Assembly: GCA_963706325.1 (NCBI GenBank)
Contig: CAVPLT010000007.1
Coordinates: 858,942 to 922,941 of the forward strand
DNA from: an uncultured Nitrospiraceae bacterium
GTDB lineage: Bacteria; Nitrospirota; Nitrospiria; Nitrospirales; Nitrospiraceae
Length of the DNA: 64,000 nucleotides
Reading direction: 5' to 3'
The notes under the pieces: generated by a model
Told to the model about the DNA's origin: nothing
Database searches by the model: none
What the model saw: the letters and a program-made list of their open reading frames with translations, nothing else
Part shown: piece by piece, positions 9,782 to 20,152 of the stretch
Numbering within the stretch: position 1 is the stretch's first letter
How the letters are laid out: the number at the start of each line of letters is the position of its first letter
Made by a program: the position numbers and the translations under genes

Positions 9782-11879
9782 GTGCGGATTTCCATGCGGA
9801 AAAAGCCTGCGACGACGGGACGCCCTAAGCCACAATCTCGGCGACTGAGCGATGTCAGGAACGTGCCGCCATCCGGAGCCGAGGCTCGTGACCCGGCCGG
9901 CGCAGCTGCTTCCAAAACGCTCCCGGCCAGCGGTCCAAAATCGCTGATGAAGACTTCTGAACTAGGAGCGGGCAGGGCGGCACAGCGCCGCTTGGGGTCG
10001 CAGTCAGCTTCGAATCCGACATCGCCTCCGACGCGCCGCCCCAAGCAGGCGCCATCCAATATCTTGAGCAGCCGGCAACAGAAAATTGAGGAGCGGATTG
10101 CCGCAGCAACGGAGGAACTCTCGGCGGGAATCACTGAGGCAGCGTCCGCTGCTGAGGAACTGCGCCGTTCGATGGAGCAAATCGCCAGCGGAGCGGAGGA
10201 AGCTGCGAGCGCCGCACAGGAAACCCTCGCGGTTGCCACCAACACGGCAGCAACACTGGTCCAGGCACGCGATCGCGCCCAAGGCGCACGTCGCCGAACC
10301 GAGGCCGTCGAATTCTCTTTTGCTCGAGACGTCGAACCAGATCGGAACTTGGGCCAGCAATATCAAGGATAACGGTGACCGGCAGGCCGGAACCGTCGAC
10401 TTTATGGCGCAACTGAGTGAACAGGCGGCCAGCATCGGCGATGTCACCAAGACCGTCAGCCAAGTCTCCGACCAGACCAATTTACTGGCGCTGAATGCGG
10501 CGATCGAGGCCGCGCGTGCCGGCGACCACGGCCGTGGTTTCGCAGTGGTCGCAGACGAAGTTCGGGCATTGGCTGAAACCTCGGAAAAAAGTGCGCGGGA
10601 CGTACAAGGTCTTGCCGCGCAAATCGAAACTCACGTGGTTTCGATGGAGTCGATTATCAAAACGGCCGCCACCACGGCAACGGCAGAGGCCCAAAAGAGC
10701 CAGACCGTCATTCTGGCACTTGGCGAACTGCGCAAGGAAGTCAGCGCTTTGGCTGAAGACAGTCAATCCATCGCTGTGGCGACAATGGAAGCTGAATCGG
10801 CCGCTCGAGAGGCGCAAAAGGGCGCCGAGATCATTTCCTCCGCTGCCGAGGAGCAGGCCGCTGCTGCTGCGGAAGCGCTCCGCAGTGTCGAACAGCAGGC
10901 GGGCGTGCTCGACGAGAGCCAAGCTGCATCGCGATCGCTGTCCGTACTTGCCACAGACCTCAAGCTGGCTTCGACTAGCGATGCCAGCGCTGATCAGCTC
11001 GCCTCCGCGGCCGAACAGCTCTCCACCGCCGTTCAGGAAATGTCGGGGTCGGCCGCGCAGATCATGACTGCAGTCGATCAGATCAGCCGTGGTGCGCAAC
11101 AACAAGCTGCCGCGACCCAGCAGGCCAGCGCAGCGATGAATCAGGTCGAAAAGACCGCCCTATCGTTCCGCGAGAGCGCCGTCGCATCGGTTGAGCGCAC
11201 TCAACGGATGGACGCTATGCTCGGTGAATGTCGGTCGCAGATCGCCGACCTGTCGCAGGGGGTGATGCGGTCGATCGAAACGACGCGTCAAAGCTTGGAT
11301 ATGATTGCCGGGCTCGAAAATATCAGCGTCAATATCGACAAGATTGTTGATGGAATCAGCATGGTGTCGATACAGACCAACATGTTGGCCGTAAGCGGCT
11401 CGGTCGAAGCCGCGCGTGCAGGTGAATTCGGCAAGGGATTCGCCGTCGTATCAAAGGATATACGCAGCCTCGCCCGCGACTCCAGCGAGAACGCCGCGCG
11501 TATCAAGGAAACGGTTCGCGCGATCCAAGGTCAAATTGCGGCCGTGCGCCGCGAACTGGAGCGCGTGATTAGCGGCGCTGAGACAGAAAACCAGAAGACC
11601 GATGCTGTGCTGGCCGGCTTTGACGTTGTGCAAAGGGACGTTGCCCAGATTGCCGCCGGCAATGACCAAATCGGCACAAGCGCCGCAGCCATCCTCGCTT
11701 CGATGAAGGATGTCGCGCAAAGCGCCCGCCAGGTCGCGTCGGTCGCCGAGGAGGCGGCCAGCGCGTCAGCCCAGGCAGCAGCTGCTGCCAAGCAGCAGGC
11801 GCGGGGTACAGAGGATCTCGCCGCGGCGATCGAAGAGATTGCATCTCTCGCCGAAACCATTCAGCGTCGCAATGGTTAA
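9782..11879 (+). CDS. Soluble chemoreceptor with two signalling domains (DosM-like); one frameshift ~10315
   Basis: Two hairpin tips [31 protein letters not shown] and [31 protein letters not shown]; no TM helix or sensor domain; start uncertain. Confidence 0.9.
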
Positions 11880-13455
11880 CAGACGAAAACAGACCCGGAA
11901 AAATTCCGCTCTTTCCACAGACAGTGGTGCGCTTGTCGCGCCAGATGCTGCTGCGGTACTCGAAGATCTGCTAGTATTCCGGCTCGCGGGGGAGTCCTTT
12001 GGGTTGCGGCTTACCGCCGTCGCTGAAATCATCCGGCCGCCGGATCTGGCCTATATGCCCCTCGTGCCGCCGAGCCTGCTCGGATTGGCCAACCTTCGCG
12101 GCATCGTCATGCCGGTCGTGAGTTTGCGGGCTCTCCTGCATCTACCGGACGTACCAGCGGACAAGTCGACACGCGTGATCGTCGTGCGCGGCGATACTCC
12201 GGTCGGGTTCGTCGTCGACGGCATCCACCGTCTATGGGCAGTTGCCACCGATCAACTTGAAAAAGACGATGCCGGCGTCGGTACCATTGATCGAACGCTA
12301 CTGGACGGTATCATCAAGGGCGCCGAAGGCGAGAGCCCGATCAAGCTGTTAAGTCCGTCGCGTCTTCTAGACGGGCGATTCGTTCGGCTCGGTCTGCCCT
12401 CGACGCCGGCCGCAAGCCGGACACTGCTCGCTAAAAGCCCGTCCGTCGGAACGCCGGCGAAGGCTCTGATCTCGCTGTTGAGCTTCTATCTCGGCCAGCA
12501 GGAATATGCTTTGCCCCTTGACCGAGTGCGTGAGATCATTCCGCTGCCGGGTCGGGTCTCGGAGCTGCCTCGTCCGGAAACCGCGGTGTTGGGTGTGGTG
12601 ACGCTGCGGGACGGCCTTCTGCCGCTGGTGTCGCTGCGCACATTGCTGGGTCTGCCGGCGGGTAATCAACACGGAGGGCGTGCCAAGGTTGTTGTTGTCT
12701 CGGTCGGCGAAGGCGCGGTCGGTGTTGTCGTCGATGCGACCCGGGAGATTCTCCGTCTCGATCCAGAAATCGTCGATCCGGCGCCGACATTGCTGACCCG
12801 CGGGGAGGGGGACGCGGAGGTCATCTCGATTTGCCGGCTCGACGGCGGACGGCGATTGGTCGCGTTGCTGTCGCCTGACCGGTTGTTTCGGTCGGAGCTT
12901 GTTCAGCGTATCCTGGACGAGCAGGGGGCCAGCGAACCGGGGTTGCAACCTGAAACGAACGCCATGGCAGACGAGCAATTCATTATTTTCCGGCTGGGCA
13001 ATCAGGACTACGGCATCCCCATTGCCGCGGTTAACGAGATCGCGCGCCCACCCGAGCATATCACCCGGTTGCCGAAATCTCCCCCTTTCATTGATGGGGT
13101 GATGAGCTTGCGCGGCAGCGTCGTGCCGATCGTGGACCTGCGGCGTCGTTTTGATCTGAACGGAACGGAACAGCTGGGCTCCAGTCGCATTCTCATCCTG
13201 GCGATCGGCGGGGTGACCGCGGGATTCCTCGTCGACAGCGTCTCAAAGATCATGAATGTGCCAATCGATGACATCTACCCCGCGCCCCAACTGTCGCCCG
13301 AGCAGATGCGGTTGATCTCGCGCCTGATCAATGTTGAGGCCAACGGCCAATTGATCCTGCTCGTCGATCCCGCACAGTTGCTCGATCAGGTCGAGGCTGA
13401 TCTTCTCGCCAAGTTCGCCCATTCCAAACTCGATGCACCCGTGACCGTTTCGTGA
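11872..13455 (+). CDS. cheW: Triple-CheW-domain scaffold protein
   Basis: Three CheW repeats: [24 protein letters not shown]. Confidence 0.9.
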   Translation: MVNRRKQTRKNSALSTDSGALVAPDAAAVLEDLLVFRLAGESFGLRLTAVAEIIRPPDLAYMPLVPPSLLGLANLRGIVMPVVSLRALLHLPDVPADKSTRVIVVRGDTPVGFVVDGIHRLWAVATDQLEKDDAGVGTIDRTLLDGIIKGAEGESPIKLLSPSRLLDGRFVRLGLPSTPAASRTLLAKSPSVGTPAKALISLLSFYLGQQEYALPLDRVREIIPLPGRVSELPRPETAVLGVVTLRDGLLPLVSLRTLLGLPAGNQHGGRAKVVVVSVGEGAVGVVVDATREILRLDPEIVDPAPTLLTRGEGDAEVISICRLDGGRRLVALLSPDRLFRSELVQRILDEQGASEPGLQPETNAMADEQFIIFRLGNQDYGIPIAAVNEIARPPEHITRLPKSPPFIDGVMSLRGSVVPIVDLRRRFDLNGTEQLGSSRILILAIGGVTAGFLVDSVSKIMNVPIDDIYPAPQLSPEQMRLISRLINVEANGQLILLVDPAQLLDQVEADLLAKFAHSKLDAPVTVS

Positions 13456-14576
13456 TCCGGCTCTTGATCGCGGACAACTCGGCCCTGATGCGGAAATTGC
13501 TCGAAGGCATCTTCCTTGCAGAGGGCGACTTCGACATCCGATTGGCTCGTAACGGCAATGAAGCCCTCGAACTGGTTCGTGCTTTCGATCCACAGGTTGT
13601 AACGCTCGATGTCCAGATGCCCGGCATGGACGGCTTGACTTGCCTTAGCCGGATCATGATCGAGGCACCGCGGCCGGTTGTGATGATTTCCTCCCTGACA
13701 GCGGAAGGCGCCGATGCGACGCTGGAAGCTATCGAACTCGGCGCGGTCGATTTTATCGCCAAGCCAGGTGGAGCGGTTTCACTGGAGATCGATCGCATGC
13801 GACCCTTGCTGGTGGAAAAGGTTCGCGCTGCATCCAGCGCCCGGATCCGGCGCACCCTTCGGCTGACTGAGCGCGTTCGCCATCAGATTCGCGGCGCAGG
13901 GCTTGCGTCGCGACCCCGCCCCAGCCGAGCCTCACCGTCACCGGGCGCAAAAACCGGGAAAGCCGGTATGAAGCCCGGGAGTGCCATGCTTCCGGGACTC
14001 GTGCTGATTGGCACCTCTACCGGCGGCCCGGCGGCGCTCGATACCGTGCTGCCGCAACTACCGGCGGACTTTCCCTGGCCGATTCTTGTCGCCCAGCATT
14101 TGCCGGCGAGTTTCACTGGGCCCTTCGCCAAACGACTTAACCGGGAATGCCATCTTGATGTCGTCGAGGTCAATCAACCGATGCCGCTGAAGCCGGGCAC
14201 CATCTACATCGGGAAGGGCGATGCCGACGTAATGGTCGCACCTCGGGCGGCCGGCGTCATCGCGATGCCAGTGCCCGCCAAGGGCAGTTATTTATGGCAT
14301 CCGAGCGTGGAACGCATGGTGGCCAGCGCGCTTGATCACCTCGAAGCCTCCCACCTGGTTGGCGTCATGATGACGGGAATGGGCAATGACGGCGCCGAGG
14401 CGATGAAACGTCTGCGGCTCACCGGTGGGCATACCATCGCTGAAGCCGAGTCCAGCGCGATCGTCTGGGGCATGCCGGGTGAACTGGTGAAGAATGGTGG
14501 TGCCGAAACGGTACGGCCGCTGGAAGATATTGCCGAAGCGATCATTGAAATGGTGAATTCCTGTGCCGCTAGTTAG
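13452..14576 (+). CDS. cheB: Chemotaxis methylesterase (REC + CheB)
   Basis: TLDVQMP receiver; GTSTGG, AQHLP, TGMGNDG catalytic motifs. Confidence 0.95.
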   Translation: MIRLLIADNSALMRKLLEGIFLAEGDFDIRLARNGNEALELVRAFDPQVVTLDVQMPGMDGLTCLSRIMIEAPRPVVMISSLTAEGADATLEAIELGAVDFIAKPGGAVSLEIDRMRPLLVEKVRAASSARIRRTLRLTERVRHQIRGAGLASRPRPSRASPSPGAKTGKAGMKPGSAMLPGLVLIGTSTGGPAALDTVLPQLPADFPWPILVAQHLPASFTGPFAKRLNRECHLDVVEVNQPMPLKPGTIYIGKGDADVMVAPRAAGVIAMPVPAKGSYLWHPSVERMVASALDHLEASHLVGVMMTGMGNDGAEAMKRLRLTGGHTIAEAESSAIVWGMPGELVKNGGAETVRPLEDIAEAIIEMVNSCAAS

Positions 14577-15171
14577 AGGCAAAATGGGCGGGGCAAGCGG
14601 CGAGACTTCAGGCTCGCTGCAAGGCGCGTTGGACAGTCCCGATGCGGACAGCCGCTGGACGGCGGCTCGCGCGCTTGCGGATCAGGCCGACGCAGTGCCG
14701 GCGCTTGCCGTGGCTCTCGCCCGCGAGCCCATCCCGCGCGTGCGCGAAGCCATGATGACGGCGCTGATCCGCATCGGCAATGCGGCCAGCATCGAAGTCA
14801 TATTACCATACCTGCGGTCGCAAGACGCCAGTGTTCGGGCTGCGGCGATCGAAGCGTTACAGGCGCTGCCCGACGCTATTGCGCCATTCATGACGCCACT
14901 GCTGAACGACGGCGATTCCGATGTGCGCCTGCTTGCGACCGAACTGGCGCGCAACATGGAGGGCTCCGAGGCCACTCGCCTGCTTTGCGAGTTGATCGAG
15001 CATGAACGCCACCCCAACGTCTGCGCCGCGGCGATCGACGTCCTGACCGAGGTTGGAACGCCGGATGCGCTTCCGACCCTGAAGAAGTGCGCGGCGCGCT
15101 TTGCTGCGACCCCGTTTCTGCCGTTCGCGGTTTCTGTAGCGATGAGCCGCATATCGGGCGAAGAAAGCTAG
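14563..15171 (+). CDS. HEAT-repeat protein
   Basis: Repeated xVRxAAxxAL helical units, between cheB and cheR. Confidence 0.85.
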   Translation: MPLVRGKMGGASGETSGSLQGALDSPDADSRWTAARALADQADAVPALAVALAREPIPRVREAMMTALIRIGNAASIEVILPYLRSQDASVRAAAIEALQALPDAIAPFMTPLLNDGDSDVRLLATELARNMEGSEATRLLCELIEHERHPNVCAAAIDVLTEVGTPDALPTLKKCAARFAATPFLPFAVSVAMSRISGEES

Positions 15172-15176
15172 ACCCG

Positions 15177-16046
15177 ATGGACGATTCAAAGGGAGGATCG
15201 TCGTTTGCCGTCCATATTTCCCCGGAGCAGGTCCAACGCTTTTGCGAATTTCTTTACCGTCGCACCGGTATGTCGTTTGCGGAGAGCAAGCGATATTTTA
15301 TCGATCGGCGCCTCGAGGATCGCATCACTGCAACCGGATCATCGTCGTTTCAGGAATATTTCTCGCTGCTGAGGACTGATGCCGATCAGGAGATCGAGCA
15401 TCTGATCAACTCCTTCACCGTCAACGAAACCTATTTTTACCGCGAGGAACATCAGCTTCGCTGCATGACCACGAGCCTGCTCGATGCCATTGTCCGCCAA
15501 AAGAAGCCGGGCACCACGTTACGGATCTGGTCGATCCCGTGTTCGACAGGGGAGGAGCCCTATTCCATCGCCCTCTGGCTGATGGAAAACTGGCCGCAGG
15601 TGGACAGCTACAATATCGAGATCGTCGGGTCGGATATCGACACCCGCGCGCTCAAGGCCGCCGCCGAAGGCATCTATGGCGATCGCGCGCTGATGCGGTT
15701 ATCCCGCGATATTATCGGCCGCTATTTCAGGCCGGTCACTGCCGGCAACTACCAGATCGACGAGGGACTCAGGAATTCCATCGAATTCACGCGGGCCAAT
15801 CTGATCGATACCAAGGATATGAAGCAGTATCGCGATTTCGATCTCATCTTCTGCCGCAACGTCCTGATATATTTCGACGACGCTTCGCGCCGGCTCGCCG
15901 CGGAAAATCTCTATGATTGCCTGCGGCCGGGCGGCTACATTTGTCTCGGTCATTCGGAGAGCATGAGCCGGATCTCCCCGCTGTTTCGTGTATCCCGGTT
16001 TCCCGACGCGATCGTCTATCAAAGGCCGGAGGCAGATCATGGCTGA
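15177..16046 (+). CDS. cheR: Chemotaxis methyltransferase
   Basis: TVNETYFYRE, CSTGEEPYSIA, IFCRNVLIYFD, LGHSES. Confidence 0.95.
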   Translation: MDDSKGGSSFAVHISPEQVQRFCEFLYRRTGMSFAESKRYFIDRRLEDRITATGSSSFQEYFSLLRTDADQEIEHLINSFTVNETYFYREEHQLRCMTTSLLDAIVRQKKPGTTLRIWSIPCSTGEEPYSIALWLMENWPQVDSYNIEIVGSDIDTRALKAAAEGIYGDRALMRLSRDIIGRYFRPVTAGNYQIDEGLRNSIEFTRANLIDTKDMKQYRDFDLIFCRNVLIYFDDASRRLAAENLYDCLRPGGYICLGHSESMSRISPLFRVSRFPDAIVYQRPEADHG

Positions 16047-16437
16047 CACCGCAACGCCGGCCAAAGCAAAAGTTCTGGTGGTCGATGATTCCTCGCTGGT
16101 GCGGCTTTACTACCGGTCTGCGCTGGAGACCGCAGGCTTCGAGGTCAAGCAGGCAATCAATGGCATCGAGGCAATGGAGAAGGTATTGTCGGAATCATTC
16201 GATCTGGTGATCGTCGACGTCAATATGCCACGAATGGACGGCTTCACCTTTTTGCGGTCGCTACGATCCGGCGTGGCTAATGTAGCGACGCTTCCGGCGT
16301 TGATGATTTCGACTGAGTCCGGTGAGCAGGACAGGGCGGAAGCCAGAGTGGCCGGGGCCAATTTCTACCTTGTGAAGCCGGTAGCGGAGGCCGAACTGAT
16401 TCGGCATGTCTGTGTTCTTACGGGAGTCGCGCTGTGA
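16039..16437 (+). CDS. cheY: Single-domain response regulator (CheY-like)
   Basis: VVDDS, VDVNMPRMDG, YLVKP. Confidence 0.9.
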   Translation: MADTATPAKAKVLVVDDSSLVRLYYRSALETAGFEVKQAINGIEAMEKVLSESFDLVIVDVNMPRMDGFTFLRSLRSGVANVATLPALMISTESGEQDRAEARVAGANFYLVKPVAEAELIRHVCVLTGVAL

Positions 16438-18722
16438 GCGCCCTTGAGGACCAATTCGTTGCCGAAGCGCGCGAGCTTATCCGACAGGCTACGGACGATC
16501 TTATCGCGCTGGAGCGCGACGGCTTGTCGCCTGAGCGGATCGATAGCGTGTTTCGTGCGTTTCACACGCTCAAGGGATCTGCGGGCGTAGTCGAGCTGCC
16601 GGCCATGAGCATTGTGCTCCATGCCGCCGAGGATCTGCTGGACAGCGTACGGCATGGAACGCTTGGAGCCGGCGCCGAGGTCGTCAATGCTGCCTTGACC
16701 TGCCTCGATCAGGTGTCGCGCTGGGTCGGCAACTTCGAGGCCGCCGGAGCGTTGCCGTCCCGAGCCGGGGAAGATAGCCGCGCGATGGCGCAACGGTTGC
16801 GATCGTTTCTGCCGCGTCGAAGTGGCGAGCAGCCAGCGACCTCCGTATCAGAACTTCCAAAGGAAGTAGGTCAGGGGCCGTTGCCCGAATGGGTCTCGCA
16901 GCTGATCGCGGCGGAGCGTGATGCGATCACATCGCGAATGCCGGAGCGGCCACTGGCGGCTACGGCTATTTCATATGAGCCTTTCGGTGGTTGTTTCTTT
17001 AATGGTGACGATCCGGTTCATCTGATGCAGCAGGTGCCAGGCCTGCTGGCATTTCAAATCGAGCCGCGTGAACTTTTTGTGCCGCTTGCGGATATCGATC
17101 CCTACGCCTGCAACCTGCGCTTGCGGGCCATTTCGAACGGCAATCCAGACGAAATTGCTGCGCTGTTTCGGCTGGTGCCGGATCAGACACAGATCATCAG
17201 CGTTCCGTCAGGAGCGCTTCCTGCCGCAGAGATGCACGTTGGGTCCGGCAACCAATCCCTGATCTGCAACGTGATCGAGGCGCAATGCGAATTGCTCCGC
17301 GTACCGGATCGAGCGGACGAATTGGCGGGCTGCATTGGCGCAGCGGCACGCGTAGCGGAAAATGCCTTGCGCCACGGCCGGCGACTGGACTTGGCCGATA
17401 CTGTCGGGCGAGCCGGCGCGCTGGCACTATCGCAGCAGGACGCCGGACCATTGTTGTCTGAGCTTGAAAAGACACTCGCGGCCTTCGCCAGCCCTCCCTC
17501 AACGACGGCCGTCAACGGCGGATCCCAAGCAGCGTCCGAAAGACCGGCCGATCGCGTGCTCCGCGTCAGCGAGGCGAAAATCGAGGCCCTCGTGAATTTG
17601 GCGGGTGAACTCGTGGTCGCAAGAAACGCTCTGTCTTACTCGGTCAGGCAAGTCGAGCGCAACCTTGCCGGCAGCGAAGTCGCCAGGTCAATTCAGCGGG
17701 ACCGCGACGCCATAGATCGTCTGGTGACCGAATTGCATGGCTCGGTCCTGCAGTTACGGATGGTGCCGGTCTCGCAGCTGTTTGGATCTTTTCCTCGGCT
17801 GGTGCGCGACGTTGCCAGGCAGCTCCATAAGAAAGTTGTGCTTGTTGCGAGCGGAGAGACCACAGAAGTCGACAAGACCATCATGGACCGTCTTTTCGAG
17901 CCCATGGTGCATCTGGTGCGTAATGCCTTGGATCACGGTATCGAAGACCCCGAGCAACGGCGGGCGGCAGGGAAGTCGGAGGCTGCGAAAATCTCGATCG
18001 CGGCATCCCGGAGCGGAGACCGCCTGCTGGTGGAAGTTACAGACGACGGCCGCGGTATCGATCCCGCGGTCGTGCGGCGCAAGGCCTTCGAAAGGCAGAT
18101 ATTGCCGCCCGATGAACTGGCCGCCCTGACGGATGAGGCGGCTGTCGATCTGGTTTTCTCGGCCGGATTTTCGACCGCATCAATCGTATCGGATATTTCC
18201 GGTCGCGGCTTCGGAATGGATGTGGTCCGCACAGCAATTGAACATATCGGCGGCAGGGTTTCGCTGGAGAGCAAAGTCGGAACCGGCACCACGGTTCGGC
18301 TCGACCTGCCGATGACCATCGCGATGTCCCGGATCATGGTGGTCGAGGCAGGCGGACAGCCGTTCGGCATTGCCATGGAAGCGGTGTCCGAGACGGTGCG
18401 TGTCCCGCCTGACCGGGTGAGCACGATCAAGAACAATGATGGTTTCGTTTTGCGTGATCGCGTGGTGCCAATCATTTCGTTGGCCGAACTGATGAAACTG
18501 CCCGGGCGAAAGAGGGATGCCGCCGAGCCAAGACTTTTGGTCGTCGTGGAGGGTGCCGGCAGGATAGCCGCCTTCGAGATCGACGCGGTACGCGACCGCC
18601 TAGATGTGGTGCTTAAGCCGATGCAGGGACTGCTGTCCGGGGCACACGGCTATGCCGGGACAACATTGCTGGGCAATGGACAGGTCCTGCTGGTGCTGGA
18701 CGTGAAGGAGATACTGCCTTGA
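16434..18722 (+). CDS. cheA: Chemotaxis histidine kinase
   Basis: FRAFHTLKGSAG Hpt, HLVRNALDHGIE, DDGRG, SGRGFGMDVV, C-terminal CheW domain. Confidence 0.95.
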   Translation: MSALEDQFVAEARELIRQATDDLIALERDGLSPERIDSVFRAFHTLKGSAGVVELPAMSIVLHAAEDLLDSVRHGTLGAGAEVVNAALTCLDQVSRWVGNFEAAGALPSRAGEDSRAMAQRLRSFLPRRSGEQPATSVSELPKEVGQGPLPEWVSQLIAAERDAITSRMPERPLAATAISYEPFGGCFFNGDDPVHLMQQVPGLLAFQIEPRELFVPLADIDPYACNLRLRAISNGNPDEIAALFRLVPDQTQIISVPSGALPAAEMHVGSGNQSLICNVIEAQCELLRVPDRADELAGCIGAAARVAENALRHGRRLDLADTVGRAGALALSQQDAGPLLSELEKTLAAFASPPSTTAVNGGSQAASERPADRVLRVSEAKIEALVNLAGELVVARNALSYSVRQVERNLAGSEVARSIQRDRDAIDRLVTELHGSVLQLRMVPVSQLFGSFPRLVRDVARQLHKKVVLVASGETTEVDKTIMDRLFEPMVHLVRNALDHGIEDPEQRRAAGKSEAAKISIAASRSGDRLLVEVTDDGRGIDPAVVRRKAFERQILPPDELAALTDEAAVDLVFSAGFSTASIVSDISGRGFGMDVVRTAIEHIGGRVSLESKVGTGTTVRLDLPMTIAMSRIMVVEAGGQPFGIAMEAVSETVRVPPDRVSTIKNNDGFVLRDRVVPIISLAELMKLPGRKRDAAEPRLLVVVEGAGRIAAFEIDAVRDRLDVVLKPMQGLLSGAHGYAGTTLLGNGQVLLVLDVKEILP

Positions 18723-18973
18723 CCATTCGTCGTAGCGATGAAGGTATCGTGGTCCTCGACGGCGTGTGCGCCGTGGAGGATGCCGAGTCACTCTTGCAGA
18801 TGCTCCAGGCAACGCCAGCCGCGTTGGTCGACTGGACACGATGTCGCCAACTGCATACGGCCGTACTCCAGGTCATCATAGCTTCGGGAATTGTCCCGAT
18901 TGGACCTTGCGGCGACGTCTGGGTGCAGCGGTGGCTGGCGCCAAAGCTATCCCAAAAGGAGACCGCCGGATAG
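18719..18973 (+). CDS. Small STAS-like protein
   Basis: LDGVCAVEDAESLL...VDWTRCRQLHTAVLQV; overlaps the cheA stop. Confidence 0.7.
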   Translation: MTIRRSDEGIVVLDGVCAVEDAESLLQMLQATPAALVDWTRCRQLHTAVLQVIIASGIVPIGPCGDVWVQRWLAPKLSQKETAG

Positions 18974-18997
18974 CAATCAGTGCTTCGTCGCTTGGAT

Positions 18998-19023
18998 GGA
19001 ACCAACCGGGCAAGCCGACCATT
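18998..19023 (+). promoter_or_regulatory. EcfG/RpoE2-like promoter GGAAC-N17-CATT
   Basis: Consensus-like match ~100 bp upstream of the RR-cheC-HK triad. Confidence 0.4.
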
Positions 19024-19121
19024 TACCCCTTGCGACAGGAGGTTAGAGCTGCGGCCCTGGAGCCTTTCATTAAACCTATGACCGGCATGGGTCAGAGACA
19101 TAACCAAGAGAAGCCTGGAAA

Positions 19122-19505
19122 ATGAAGTATAAAGTCTTGATCGTCGATGACAGCAAGCTCGCCCGGATGGTGATGGCAAGCGCCTTCCGGCGTATCCGAC
19201 CGGACTGGACATTGGTCGAGACCGCCAATGCCGGCGAGGCGCTGGCCGCCATTTCCGGAGGCTCGGTCGATATTGCGCTGATCGATTTCAACATGCCCGG
19301 GATCGATGGGCTGGAATTGGTTTCAAATATCCGCAAGACCCATCCGAACATGCCGGTCGCCGTTGTCTCGGCGAACGTGCAGAATGAAATCGTTGCCCGT
19401 GCACGGGAATTGAATGCGGGCTTTATTCCGAAGCCCTTGACCGATGAAGGTCTTGCCGCCTTCCTTTCGGGCGCCGCGCTTCGACTGAAGAAATTAACGA
19501 CATGA
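19122..19505 (+). CDS. Single-domain response regulator
   Basis: IVDDS, IDFNMPGIDG, FIPKP. Confidence 0.9.
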   Translation: MKYKVLIVDDSKLARMVMASAFRRIRPDWTLVETANAGEALAAISGGSVDIALIDFNMPGIDGLELVSNIRKTHPNMPVAVVSANVQNEIVARARELNAGFIPKPLTDEGLAAFLSGAALRLKKLTT

Positions 19506-20152
19506 CCGTCGATGCAGGCGAACTCACCGAAATCGAACAGGATGCGCTCGCCGAAATCGCCAACATGGGTGTCAGCCGCGCCGCGAATAGTCTCCGACAG
19601 ATGGTGGGGGAGGAGGTCTTGCTGTCTGTCCCCTCGGTCAAGATCGTATCACGCGAAGCGGCGTCGAAACTGGTCGAGCGCGAAAATGCGAAGAAGCTCG
19701 TTGCCGTGCAGCAGTCTTTCGAAGGACCATTCGCCGGTAAGGCGCTCCTGATCTTTCCAGAAGCGCAAAGTCTCGAGCTCGTCCGCTCGATTGTCGGCGA
19801 CCAGCATACCTTGGAGGATGTCATTGATTTAGAGCAAGAGGCTCTTGCTGAAACGGGCAATATCATTCTGAACGGATGTCTAGCGACAATCGCGAATGTC
19901 CTGAACCGGACGATGCGGATGTCACTGCCGTCCATCGTTCGTGGAGATGGAGCCGCCTTGTTTGAGGTCAAGGGGACTGCGTCGCGAGAACAATTTGTTT
20001 TGTTTCTCTATATCGATTTCAATATCAAGACGCGCGATGTGCACGGCTTCATTGCCCTTCTCATGGATTTGCCGTCCATCGCCGCGTTGAGGACGATCGT
20101 CAACGACTTCATCAGCACCATTGAAAAGCAACCTTCTGGTCATGTTGGGTAA
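19502..20152 (+). CDS. cheC: CheC-like phosphatase family protein (copy 2)
   Basis: DALAEIANMGVSRAANSL and EALAETGNIILNG; clear paralogue of 8953-9570. Confidence 0.85.
   Translation: MTVDAGELTEIEQDALAEIANMGVSRAANSLRQMVGEEVLLSVPSVKIVSREAASKLVERENAKKLVAVQQSFEGPFAGKALLIFPEAQSLELVRSIVGDQHTLEDVIDLEQEALAETGNIILNGCLATIANVLNRTMRMSLPSIVRGDGAALFEVKGTASREQFVLFLYIDFNIKTRDVHGFIALLMDLPSIAALRTIVNDFISTIEKQPSGHVG

Noticed and set aside
9782..10372. Separate small MCP gene or programmed frameshift
   Set aside because: The frames join into one DosM-like receptor; no slippery site is evident and similar indels hit core genes.
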